Assembly (NCBI GenBank): GCA_037129835.1
Contig: JBAXUE010000001.1
Location: forward strand, 90,085-154,084
Origin: a bacterium
Lineage (GTDB): Bacteria; Patescibacteriota; CPR2; UBA1875; CAIMLA01
Direction of reading: 5' to 3'
DNA length: 64,000 bases
The position numbers and the translations under genes were made by a program. The notes beneath the pieces are model-generated. The model worked only from the letters and a program-made list of their open reading frames with translations, was not told where the DNA came from and made no database searches. Below, one piece after another: positions 18,590-27,110 of the stretch (its first letter is position 1; each line of letters begins with the position of its first letter).

Positions 18590-20601
18590 GTGAAGAAAAG
18601 AAAAAAATAGAATCTACGCCAAGGCCGATTGCTGGTCGCGGTGGCCCGATGGGCGGGGGAATGATGCCGGGCGAGAAAGCGAAAAACTTTAAAACTACGA
18701 TGAAGAATCTCCTGGGTTATATGAAGCCTTATTGGATAGCAACTATTATTGTTATTATTTTTGCAATCGCTAGTACGGTGTTTGCCATTATGAGTCCAAA
18801 AATTCTTGGTAATATGACGACACAAGTTGTTAATGACTATGTTGATATGAAAGCATATGATTCACTAGTCGGTCAGTTACCAAAAGGAACGAAGATACCT
18901 GCAGGGACAACGGGCACAGATCTGCTCAAAAAAGCACCGCAGTCGATGACAACAAAGATTCCAGCCGATATGTTAGGCAGAATAAAAGGGCTTAATCTGA
19001 CAAAGCGGCCAGAAATCAATTTCAAAAAAATTGCTGATATTGCCACATTTCTTATTTGTTTGTATCTTTTGAGTGCACTTTTCAGTTTTATTCAGGGTTG
19101 GATAATGACAAATATTACTCAGAAAATAACTTATCAATTTCGAAAAGACATTTCAGATAAAATAAATAGAATGCCACTCCGGTATTTTGATACCAAGTCT
19201 TTTGGCGACGTACTAAGTCGAGTAACAAATGATGTCGACACTATTGGACAAACCCTGAACCAGAGCATGACACAAATAATTACTTCTATCACGATGATTA
19301 TTGGTATCCTGATAATGATGCTTTCTATTAGTTGGCAGCTTACCTTGGTCGCTCTTGTCACGATACCGCTTAGCTTTATCACTATTGGTTTAATAGTAAG
19401 TAAATCACAAAAATATTTTAAAACTCAACAGGCATCACTCGGAGAAATAAACGGTCATGTCGAAGAGATGTATGCGGGCCACAAAATTGTCAAAGTGTTT
19501 AATGGCGAAAAACAATCTGTTGATATTTTTAGAAGAATCAACAAAAAGCTTTATGACAGTGCTTGGAAATCACAGTTTTTATCCGGTTTGATGATGCCGC
19601 TAATGAACTTTTTTGGCAACCTCGGATTTGTAGGGGTTGCTGTTTATGGAGGCTGGTTGGCCATCAAGGGTTCTATCAACATTGGTGATATTCAGGCGTT
19701 TATACAGTATGTAAACCAATTTAACCAACCGATACTGCAGACCGCAAATATCGCCAATGTGTTACAATCTACTGCCGCGGCCGCCGAGAGAGTTTTTGAA
19801 TTTCTTGGCGAATCTGATGAACTAGCAGAGACTAGTAGACCGATAAAGATGCTTAACGTGAAAGGAAATGTCGACTTTAATGATGTAGTGTTTGGGTATA
19901 GCCCAGATAAAAAAATTATCAAGAATTTCAATGCAAAAGTACATTCAGGACAAAGAATCGCCATTGTCGGTCCCACTGGAGCAGGTAAGACCACAATGGT
20001 AAACTTACTTATGAGATTTTATGATGTCGATAAAGGTTCAATTAAAGTAGACGGTGTAGATATTCGTGATATGAAGCGTGCAGATCTTAGAAGAATGTTC
20101 GGAATGGTATTGCAGGACACTTGGCTTTTCCATGGTACTATCAAGGAAAATATAGCTTATGGGAATATACGTGCCAGTGAAAAGAAGATAATAGAGGCCG
20201 CTAAAGCCGCTCATGTAGACCATTTTGTTCATTCTTTACCAAATGGTTATGATATGGAGCTCAGCGAAGAGGCAGATAATATCTCACAAGGGGAAAAACA
20301 GCTTATGACGATAGCGAGAGCGATGCTTGCGGATCCGCCGATGCTTATCTTGGATGAGGCAACAAGCTCAGTCGATACTCGGACCGAAGTTTTGATACAA
20401 AAGGCTATGGAAAAGCTGATGGAGGGGCGAACTAGCTTTGTAATAGCTCACCGGCTCTCAACAATTCGTGGTGCAGATCTTATTCTAGTCATGGACGAAG
20501 GTAATATTGTCGAACAGGGTAAACACGACGAACTTCTCGAGAAGCAAGGATTTTATGCTAAACTATATAATAGTCAATTCACAGCACCGATGACGGAATA
20601 A
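18586..20601 (+). CDS. ABC exporter half-transporter (TMD-NBD), consensus-site subunit, with ~50-aa Gly/Met-rich N-extension and large TM1-TM2 extracytoplasmic loop
   Basis: GPTGAGKTT, canonical Walker B LILDEATSSVD but divergent signature ISQGEKQ. Together with upstream subunit forms a heterodimeric exporter of the LmrCD/TM287-288 type. Confidence 0.8.
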   Translation: MSEEKKKIESTPRPIAGRGGPMGGGMMPGEKAKNFKTTMKNLLGYMKPYWIATIIVIIFAIASTVFAIMSPKILGNMTTQVVNDYVDMKAYDSLVGQLPKGTKIPAGTTGTDLLKKAPQSMTTKIPADMLGRIKGLNLTKRPEINFKKIADIATFLICLYLLSALFSFIQGWIMTNITQKITYQFRKDISDKINRMPLRYFDTKSFGDVLSRVTNDVDTIGQTLNQSMTQIITSITMIIGILIMMLSISWQLTLVALVTIPLSFITIGLIVSKSQKYFKTQQASLGEINGHVEEMYAGHKIVKVFNGEKQSVDIFRRINKKLYDSAWKSQFLSGLMMPLMNFFGNLGFVGVAVYGGWLAIKGSINIGDIQAFIQYVNQFNQPILQTANIANVLQSTAAAAERVFEFLGESDELAETSRPIKMLNVKGNVDFNDVVFGYSPDKKIIKNFNAKVHSGQRIAIVGPTGAGKTTMVNLLMRFYDVDKGSIKVDGVDIRDMKRADLRRMFGMVLQDTWLFHGTIKENIAYGNIRASEKKIIEAAKAAHVDHFVHSLPNGYDMELSEEADNISQGEKQLMTIARAMLADPPMLILDEATSSVDTRTEVLIQKAMEKLMEGRTSFVIAHRLSTIRGADLILVMDEGNIVEQGKHDELLEKQGFYAKLYNSQFTAPMTE

Positions 20602-20615
20602 ATGAAGGAGAATAA

Positions 20616-21293
20616 ATGACAGCGATCATGAGTCTTAAGGATATCTCGAAGATATACAAAACCGGTGATGAAGACACCTACGCATTAAATAAAGTGTCTT
20701 TAGATATTAATAAAGGGGAATTTGTAGCGATTATGGGACCTTCAGGTTCTGGAAAATCTAGTCTAATGCATATCATTGGGCTTCTTGACACTGCTTCTAG
20801 TGGTAGCTATTGTCTAAACGAGGAAGATGTCAGTAAGCTGTCTCGAAAAACCCAGGCGATAATCCGCAATCAGGAAATCGGCTTTGTTTTCCAGCAATTC
20901 AATCTTTTGCCCAGAACTAGCGTTACTGATAATGTACTTTTGCCGACTATTTATGGCAAAGTAAAAAATCCTGAAGCAAAGGCAAAAAAGCTTATTATGG
21001 AAGTTGGTCTCGAAAAAAGAGCCAACAACAAAAGCAATCAATTGTCCGGAGGCCAGGTACAGCGAGTAGCAATTGCTAGGGCATTAGTGATGGAGCCTTC
21101 TATTATTCTGGCAGATGAACCTACCGGCAACCTTGATACGAAAACATCTATTGAAATTATGACTTTACTCAAGGATATTAATAAAAAAGGCGCAACAATT
21201 GTGCTCATAACCCATGAACCCGATATCGCTAAATTTGCATCAAGAATCATCCATCTTCGTGATGGCCGGGTTGTCTCTGGAAAGGATAAATAA
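20616..21293 (+). CDS. MacB/LolD/FtsE-family ABC ATP-binding protein
   Basis: GPSGSGKSS, LSGGQVQRVAIARA, ILADEPTGNLD. Confidence 0.85.
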   Translation: MTAIMSLKDISKIYKTGDEDTYALNKVSLDINKGEFVAIMGPSGSGKSSLMHIIGLLDTASSGSYCLNEEDVSKLSRKTQAIIRNQEIGFVFQQFNLLPRTSVTDNVLLPTIYGKVKNPEAKAKKLIMEVGLEKRANNKSNQLSGGQVQRVAIARALVMEPSIILADEPTGNLDTKTSIEIMTLLKDINKKGATIVLITHEPDIAKFASRIIHLRDGRVVSGKDK

Positions 21294-21294
21294 G

Positions 21295-22563
21295 ATGAAA
21301 TATTGGATGATTTTAAAACAATCCCTTAAAGCTATTTTTGCGAATAAAGGAAGAAGTTTTCTTACGGTTCTGGGGATCATTATTGGCATTGGTTCGGTGA
21401 TTGCTCTTATCTCTCTGGGAAACGGAGTACAGTCAAGTATCGATAGCCAGATTAGTAAACTGGGCGCAACAAGTCTTACGATAATGCCAGGGGCAAGTAA
21501 TTTCGGCCCCAGTAGTAGCGGTTCTACATCACAAACCTCTGCACCAAAGGGCCCAGCTTCAGCAGGCGGTGGCTTTGGATCTGCCTCTACGCTTTCACCT
21601 GCTGATTTAACTTCTCTTAGTGATAAGACCAAAAATCCCAAAGTTAAGGCTGCTACAGGCGCCGTGAATGGCACGGCAATATTTACTGTTAAGGGCGTAG
21701 AGCAAAGAAATACAATAATCGGTACAAATGTTGATTACTTTAACATTCACAATTTGCCTATTAAATCAGGACATTCGATAAGTAACGCAGACCTCGATAA
21801 CAAGGCAAAAGTACTAGTTCTTGGGAGCACTCTTGCTGCCGAGGTTTTCCCTGATATAAACCCTTTAGACCAGTCTGTGACGATCGGTACTGATACTTAT
21901 ACCGTGGTTGGTGTACTAAAAAAGGCCACTGAAAGTAGCTTTTTAAATCCAAATTTAAACGGTTATGTTCCTTATACTTCTGCGATGACAACATTCGGCA
22001 CGAGCGCATTTAATACTATGTTGGCACAAGCCATAGATGAAAATTCCGTTGATAAAGCAAAAGCAGATACAGAAGCGATTTTACTAAAAAACCACGGAAT
22101 TACGGATAAAAAACTAGCGGACTTCTCTATTATGAGTTCAAAAGACTTACTTACTACAATTAGTAGTATTACTGGTATAATAACGTCGCTACTTGCTGGT
22201 ATAGCGGCTATCTCTTTGGTGGTTGGAGGTATCGGTATCATGAATATCATGTTGGTTTCAGTGACTGAAAGAACAAGAGAAATAGGTTTGCGCAAAGCGG
22301 TAGGTGCGAAAACATCAGATATTTTACTGCAATTTATTGTAGAAGCCGTCGTTCTTACCCTCGCGGGTGGCATTCTAGGAATCGGACTCGGGTATTTAAT
22401 TGGTCTAGTTGCTGCGAGATTTATGGATTTTACGCCAATAGTTACGCTTGAAGCGATATTCCTTGCAGTTGGAGTGTCTAGCGCAGTGGGTCTTGTTTTT
22501 GGAATTTACCCTGCGGCTAAAGCGGCATTATTAAATCCGATTGACGCACTAAGATACGAATAA
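21295..22563 (+). CDS. MacB/FtsX-family ABC permease with large periplasmic/extracytoplasmic domain
   Basis: Start at ATG 21295 (MKYWMILKQ...) after upstream stop; N-terminal TM, C-terminal FtsX 3-TM bundle. Confidence 0.75.
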   Translation: MKYWMILKQSLKAIFANKGRSFLTVLGIIIGIGSVIALISLGNGVQSSIDSQISKLGATSLTIMPGASNFGPSSSGSTSQTSAPKGPASAGGGFGSASTLSPADLTSLSDKTKNPKVKAATGAVNGTAIFTVKGVEQRNTIIGTNVDYFNIHNLPIKSGHSISNADLDNKAKVLVLGSTLAAEVFPDINPLDQSVTIGTDTYTVVGVLKKATESSFLNPNLNGYVPYTSAMTTFGTSAFNTMLAQAIDENSVDKAKADTEAILLKNHGITDKKLADFSIMSSKDLLTTISSITGIITSLLAGIAAISLVVGGIGIMNIMLVSVTERTREIGLRKAVGAKTSDILLQFIVEAVVLTLAGGILGIGLGYLIGLVAARFMDFTPIVTLEAIFLAVGVSSAVGLVFGIYPAAKAALLNPIDALRYE

Positions 22564-22642
22564 ATAATTATCTCGGAGCTCAATTACCAAACCTCGATCT
22601 ATATAATATATTTCTGGAAAAATAAAGACAACAAGTTTACTT

Positions 22643-22675
22643 TGTGTTAAATTAACGTTAAAATTTATTAACACA
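22643..22675. promoter_or_regulatory. inverted repeat TGTGTTAA-N17-TTAACACA containing internal palindrome TTAACGTTAA; putative operator upstream of sortase
   Basis: Read directly. Confidence 0.35.
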
Positions 22676-22741
22676 AGACCGCTTTACTAAAAGTAAAAAA
22701 TATTTAACAAACGGCACAGTAAATTGTAAAAGAGGAATAAT

Positions 22742-23527
22742 TTGGATTTCGATAGCATCCGACCACAAGGTCGGAAATCCATAACCAAAGAAGTCACTTC
22801 AAATAAACCTATTAGAAACATTGTTTATCATCGCAGAAATAAACTCTTAGTAATGGGTAAAATAAGCAAGAAGACTATAATTAAATTAGCTATATTAGTA
22901 GCTACTTCTTGTTTGATTATAGCTCTCGGTAGCTTATATCGCATTCCCGACAAGATCAAGGATAAGGTTGTTACTAAGCCCAAGAAGTCTATCGTATCAA
23001 TTGAAAAAACAGTGGCAGAGACACCCGTCTTAACGCCAGCTCCTGTCCAGGTTGCAGAGCCAGTCTCTGTGGTGGGGAACAATCAGTTAACGGGGACCAC
23101 AAACAATATATTATTAACAAACTATTACCTTGAAGTTCCTAAATTGAATATTTTTGGTAATATACTCGAAACGGATTCCATGGAAAAAGTAGACAGTATG
23201 TTAAAAAATGGCGTCGTTCATCTACCGGGGACGGTTAATCCAGGTAATATTGGAAATACTATGTTCACAGCCCATAGCTCTTACTACGACTGGGATTACT
23301 ATTCGCATATATTCGCGAAAATAAACAATCTCGAGAATGAAGATAAAATAATAATACATCAAAATAATGTTTTATATAGCTATAAAGTCTTTAAGAAAGA
23401 GGTAATAACGGCCGAACTAGAAGCTGTTAAATACGTTAAAGGAGAAGAGAATATCGTTTTGTTGACTTGCTGGCCAGTAGGGACGAGCCAATACCGATTG
23501 GCGGTATATGGTAAAAGAATTAAGTAA
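22742..23527 (+). CDS. sortase-family transpeptidase (membrane-anchored)
   Basis: NTMFTAHSS (His), LLTCWP (Cys), QYRL (Arg) triad order typical of sortases; TTG start with RBS AAGAGGA; internal TM. Confidence 0.65.
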   Translation: MDFDSIRPQGRKSITKEVTSNKPIRNIVYHRRNKLLVMGKISKKTIIKLAILVATSCLIIALGSLYRIPDKIKDKVVTKPKKSIVSIEKTVAETPVLTPAPVQVAEPVSVVGNNQLTGTTNNILLTNYYLEVPKLNIFGNILETDSMEKVDSMLKNGVVHLPGTVNPGNIGNTMFTAHSSYYDWDYYSHIFAKINNLENEDKIIIHQNNVLYSYKVFKKEVITAELEAVKYVKGEENIVLLTCWPVGTSQYRLAVYGKRIK

Positions 23528-23560
23528 AGAAAATACTAATATCACTATGTTTAGATAGCT

Positions 23561-24766
23561 TTATTTACTCGTTTTAACTACAAGTATTTCTCTGCCCACA
23601 AATTGGTCTGCTCTTGAATAGGTGAGATTGCCCCTACCAAAGCGACGAACTCCAAGTCCTTCTGGTATATAGTCGATAAGTTCTAGGCCAAGACTTTCGA
23701 TTTCCTCAATAATAGTGAGATAAAAATACTCTTTATCAACAATAAAAAATGGAATCGCCAAAACGATAGTTCCGTCTTCGGGCATTTGTTTTTTAAGAGA
23801 TTCAAAAATCTTTATGTAGAATTGACTAAGCTTTGAAGCATCCGAAAGGGCTTTATCGCGACGTCGCTTTATTGGTTCACCGAGGTATCCTTCGCCCACA
23901 ATGGCTTTTGTGCTTATCATTTTTGTTGGTTCTAGGGCATCTGAAACAAAAATTTTTTCTTCAGGTACTTTTGGCATCCCGAATCGTGTATAAAGCCATT
24001 CTAGGTTTTCTTTTGTGTCGTCGATGTTTTTCTTTTCGATGTCGCTCGCAAAAATATCACGATAACCAAGAAAAAGTGCTTCTTGTAATATAGTCCCACT
24101 GCCGCAAAAAGGATCATATAAAGAGCTTGCTAAAGAAACCGAAGCCAGATTGATCATTATTTGTGCTAATTTCGGTGGTAACATCCCGTTACGACCATCA
24201 CGTTTTGGCCTACCAAAATCTCTTTTTGAATAAGCTTTGTAGTCTTGTACTTCGATAGTTTTACCAAGGAGATAGCCATTATCATTTTTAGCAATTATGG
24301 CTTCAAAGCCTCTTTCAATAAGTTTATTTTCAGTTACAATTACACTAGATAGATCGATGGTCTTCCCCGTAACGAAGCGTGCAGCATAGTTGCTGTCTTG
24401 TAAGCGGTTTTTTATGTCATAACCAATCTTAAGAACAAAATTTTTGTTCACATTTCCATATCCAGAGACACCAAAATTAACTCTTTTCTCAGATTCATAA
24501 TTTATTTCCGTAAGCAGCTTTTCTACAATTTCATCGCTCGAAAGATAACTCCCGAGAACGATAAACATTTTTATACTTCCGCCCAAGCTGTTTATTGATA
24601 GTAGAGGTAATTTGTCTTCAGCTATCTCTAGTAGTAAAATGTCGCCAACCAGAAATTGCAAAATAATTTCCACGCCAACCCTTTGGAGGTATGCAAATAT
24701 CTCAGCAACACTAAGTGCGGTATCTCGTCCTAAGGCAAAACCTATTTGAATATTCTTATTAGCCAT
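23561..24766 (-). CDS. THUMP-domain class I SAM-dependent RNA methyltransferase (Trm14/TrmN/RlmL-like)
   Basis: GMLPPKLAQIMINLA and DPFCGSGTILQEA motifs characteristic of THUMP-linked m2G/m6A RNA MTases. Confidence 0.6.
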   Translation of the reverse strand: MANKNIQIGFALGRDTALSVAEIFAYLQRVGVEIILQFLVGDILLLEIAEDKLPLLSINSLGGSIKMFIVLGSYLSSDEIVEKLLTEINYESEKRVNFGVSGYGNVNKNFVLKIGYDIKNRLQDSNYAARFVTGKTIDLSSVIVTENKLIERGFEAIIAKNDNGYLLGKTIEVQDYKAYSKRDFGRPKRDGRNGMLPPKLAQIMINLASVSLASSLYDPFCGSGTILQEALFLGYRDIFASDIEKKNIDDTKENLEWLYTRFGMPKVPEEKIFVSDALEPTKMISTKAIVGEGYLGEPIKRRRDKALSDASKLSQFYIKIFESLKKQMPEDGTIVLAIPFFIVDKEYFYLTIIEEIESLGLELIDYIPEGLGVRRFGRGNLTYSRADQFVGREILVVKTSK

Positions 24767-24822
24767 TTAAGTTATTGTACTTTCTAGTAAACATCCCCGC
24801 TGAAGCGGGGATTAAATAATTT

Positions 24823-24842
24823 TGGTGGGACCGGCGCGACTT
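24823..24842 (-). repeat. orphan duplicate of tRNA-Lys 3' end plus 3' flank (25-nt match AATTTTGGTGGGMCCGGCGCGACT, 1 mismatch)
   Basis: Direct comparison with 24920-24945; the fragment does not fold into a tRNA (no T-arm). Confidence 0.6.
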
Positions 24843-24926
24843 CTCTCGAGATAAACTTCTCGTCTCAACTTTATTGTTCGAGTGAGATCGAGAACTATCT
24901 TATTTTTGTTAAAACCTGATAAATTT

Positions 24927-25002
24927 TGGTGGGCCCGGCGCGACTCGAACGCGCGACCAGTTGCTTAAGAGGCAATTGCTCTACCAACTGAGCTACAGGC
25001 CC
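24927..25002 (-). tRNA. tRNA-Lys (anticodon CUU), CCA encoded
   Basis: Reverse complement GGGCCTGTAGCTCAGTTGGTAGAGCAATTGCCTCTTAAGCAACTGGTCGCGCGTTCGAGTCGCGCCGGGCCCACCA; loop CTCTTAA. Confidence 0.75.
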
Positions 25003-25058
25003 GCAAATAACTTTGAAATTATACTCGATTTAGCTATTAATTTCAATGTTGTTGATAA

Positions 25059-25134
25059 TGGTGCGCCCGGTTGGATTCGAACCAACGGCCAATAGCTTAG
25101 AAGGCTACTGCTCTATCCCCTGAGCTACGGGCGC
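25059..25134 (-). tRNA. tRNA-Arg (anticodon UCU), CCA encoded
   Basis: Reverse complement GCGCCCGTAGCTCAGGGGATAGAGCAGTAGCCTTCTAAGCTATTGGCCGTTGGTTCGAATCCAACCGGGCGCACCA. Confidence 0.75.
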
Positions 25135-25381
25135 GCGCCAACATTCGCAGGTGCGCCACATAATCAAGTACACTTGTTAGCTTTGCACGTTTGTGATGCT
25201 TTCTTTGCCCCAAGATACATTACTTCGTACGGTTTTTTTGGGGACCCCTGTGAATATAGCATAATGTAAATATCTATTTTTATAAAATAGCCACTAGATT
25301 ATAGCTTAAAATCTGTATTTTTTCAATCTTCTATTTTATAATAATATTTGCTATAATTTATAAAACGAAAGGAAACATATA

Positions 25382-25981
25382 ATGCCAACAAAAACGAAAA
25401 AAGTATCGAAAAAAGAACCTAAGACAGAAGTAACTGTTCCAGTGACTGCTCCTAGTGACAAAGAAACAAATCCAACAACTATCGCGTTAATAGTTTTGGC
25501 ATTACTTATATTCGGCATAATCGGATATCTAGGATGGAACAATAAATTTGCTACACCAACTACCAAGACAGGCGGTACAACACAAACAGGGACAGTTGAG
25601 CCAACCCCAGATTTATCAGCAGAAGTTAATGATATAGGCCCCAATGAGGTAAAATTTACCGCGGCTAACTTTAAAACCGAGGTAGAAGACGCCAAGGGTG
25701 TTGTGGTTGTTGATGCCTACGCAGCATGGTGTCCTCATTGCCAAAAAATGGCTCCAGTCATGACCGAAGTTTCTAACATTTATAAAGGAAAAGCTAAAAT
25801 CGGTAAATTAAGTGCTAATAATCAAGATCCTTTAGACAAAGAAAATTTCGATTTTGCAGTTAATAACGGACTAGAAAGTTATCCTACTGTTTGGATATAT
25901 AAAGATGGGAAAAAAGTAGATACTAGTACTGGTGCTTTAACAAAAGAAGAATTAAGCGCTTTAATAGATAAATATCTATAG
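25382..25981 (+). CDS. membrane-anchored thioredoxin-family thiol-disulfide oxidoreductase
   Basis: WCPHCQ CxxC motif; N-terminal TM; RBS AAAGGAAAC. Confidence 0.8.
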   Translation: MPTKTKKVSKKEPKTEVTVPVTAPSDKETNPTTIALIVLALLIFGIIGYLGWNNKFATPTTKTGGTTQTGTVEPTPDLSAEVNDIGPNEVKFTAANFKTEVEDAKGVVVVDAYAAWCPHCQKMAPVMTEVSNIYKGKAKIGKLSANNQDPLDKENFDFAVNNGLESYPTVWIYKDGKKVDTSTGALTKEELSALIDKYL

Positions 25982-26010
25982 ATAACGGGAAAATTTAATA
26001 TGTTAATTTA

Positions 26011-26036
26011 ATGCCCCCTAGGTGGGGGCATTTTTA
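26011..26036. terminator. bidirectional terminator ATGCCCCC-TAGGT-GGGGGCAT + TTTTT
   Basis: Read directly; between convergent genes. Confidence 0.6.
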
Positions 26037-26420
26037 TTTCTTTTTATAATATTTAATAAGTTCTTTTACTTTATTTGAAACATCTAGTGGAGTTAGTTCG
26101 GCCTTGATTAGATATTCAGTCGCTCCTAGCTCATATATTTTTTCTGCGGTTTTTTCATCTGACAGATTTGTTAGCATGATGACAATAACATCTTTAAGCT
26201 CTTTTTGTTCCTTGATGTATTTAAGTACTTGAAGCCCATCAACCATAGGCATCATTATATCTAACAAAACTACATCAGGAACAAAATTGCTTTCAAGAAT
26301 ATCGATGGCTTTTTGCCCATCTTCACCCAGCTGAACCTCGAAACCATCAAGGGCAAACTTGCGACTATACATATCTACAAGTTGAATATCATCTTCTGCT
26401 AGTAATATCTTTATAGCCAC
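26034..26420 (-). CDS. single-domain response regulator (CheY-like receiver)
   Basis: LLAEDD...LLDIMMP...acidic pocket and conserved K; 128 aa, no output domain. Confidence 0.8.
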   Translation of the reverse strand: MAIKILLAEDDIQLVDMYSRKFALDGFEVQLGEDGQKAIDILESNFVPDVVLLDIMMPMVDGLQVLKYIKEQKELKDVIVIMLTNLSDEKTAEKIYELGATEYLIKAELTPLDVSNKVKELIKYYKKK

Positions 26421-26480
26421 TAGATATCTCCTATTTATATTTTATACCACTACTGCCAATAGTCAACTAAGCAAAAAGTG

Positions 26481-26509
26481 TTGACAAAAATGCAAAAACG
26501 AGGTACAAT
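26481..26509 (+). promoter_or_regulatory. consensus sigma70 promoter TTGACA-17 nt-TACAAT
   Basis: Exact -35 TTGACA (26481-26486) and near-consensus -10 TACAAT (26504-26509) with 17-nt spacer. Confidence 0.65.
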
Positions 26510-26516
26510 CTTTTCT

Positions 26517-27056
26517 ATTGTTGTACCTACACATGAAAATCCGATCAGTATTTTCGCTCACCGCGGAAAAATGCCTTCTAAAGGATGAGAGAACTGTGAC
26601 TATGACAGTCACTGAAAACTCATCATTTCCTCGCACTAGCGAGGAGGCACCGCCAAAAGCGGAAGTACTGTTAAGATAGCGAGCCACGGGGCCAAGAAAC
26701 AGACAGGGAATTCAATTCCGTCTACCTACACATTTCCGGTATTCGTATCGGAAGGAATCGTGAAAGTAGCGGTGCGAAATCCCACCTTGTGTCTGCCCCA
26801 GAGCTCGTTGAGCTACGTACCTGCCACAGGCGCCTAAAAACCGTCGGCATGGATTTGTTGGAAAGGCTTGATGACATGCGGTTTGTATCCGCACAGTCTG
26901 ATACCGGACCACCTCCTGCTCTGTTTGATCAACAGGGCCCCGATGTAGGTGCATAGCTCGGCGGAAGCCGCAACATACCGAGTCCGCTCGGTATGTTGCG
27001 CGCTTCCGCCAACCTCAATATTGCAATTAAGAAGACCGACTGGGGTCTTTTTTTAT
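26517..27056 (+). ncRNA. candidate ~540-nt structured non-coding RNA (family unassigned) from consensus promoter to intrinsic terminator
   Basis: Visibly GC-rich versus flanks. No ORF >50 aa with an SD on + strand; minus-strand ORFs in track look like noise. Internal duplicated motif ACCTACACAT (26525, 26724); 22-bp near-perfect hairpin 26960-27010; terminator AGACC-GACTGG-GGTCT + T7 at 27032-27056. Confidence 0.4.
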
Positions 27057-27110
27057 TTAAAGTAATAATCTATACTTGAATACATCGCTGATAAGGGGCA
27101 AATTATCTTT

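Noticed and set aside
21240-22373. Minus-strand ORFs inside the MacB/FtsX permease region
   Set aside because: Antisense to a well-supported gene; Pro/Ala-rich translation reflects the complementary strand of a Gly/Ser-rich linker.
24841-24926. Possible integrated mobile element between the tRNA-Lys repeats
   Set aside because: Only about 85 bp lie between the repeats and no integrase or cargo is present; treated as a scar or local duplication rather than an element.
26463-26954. Minus-strand ORFs 26463..26687 and 26712..26954
   Set aside because: They lie antisense inside the promoter-to-terminator GC-rich unit, have no RBS, and give Cys/Arg/His-rich junk-like translations; the region is better explained as an RNA.
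26517-27056. Identification of the GC-rich transcript as RNase P RNA, tmRNA or SRP RNA
   Set aside because: By eye I could not find the universal RNase P blocks (GGAAAGUCCGGGCUCC, ACAGAANCCGGCUUA), a tRNA-like T-arm plus CCA for tmRNA, or the SRP domain IV motif. Left unassigned pending a covariance-model search.
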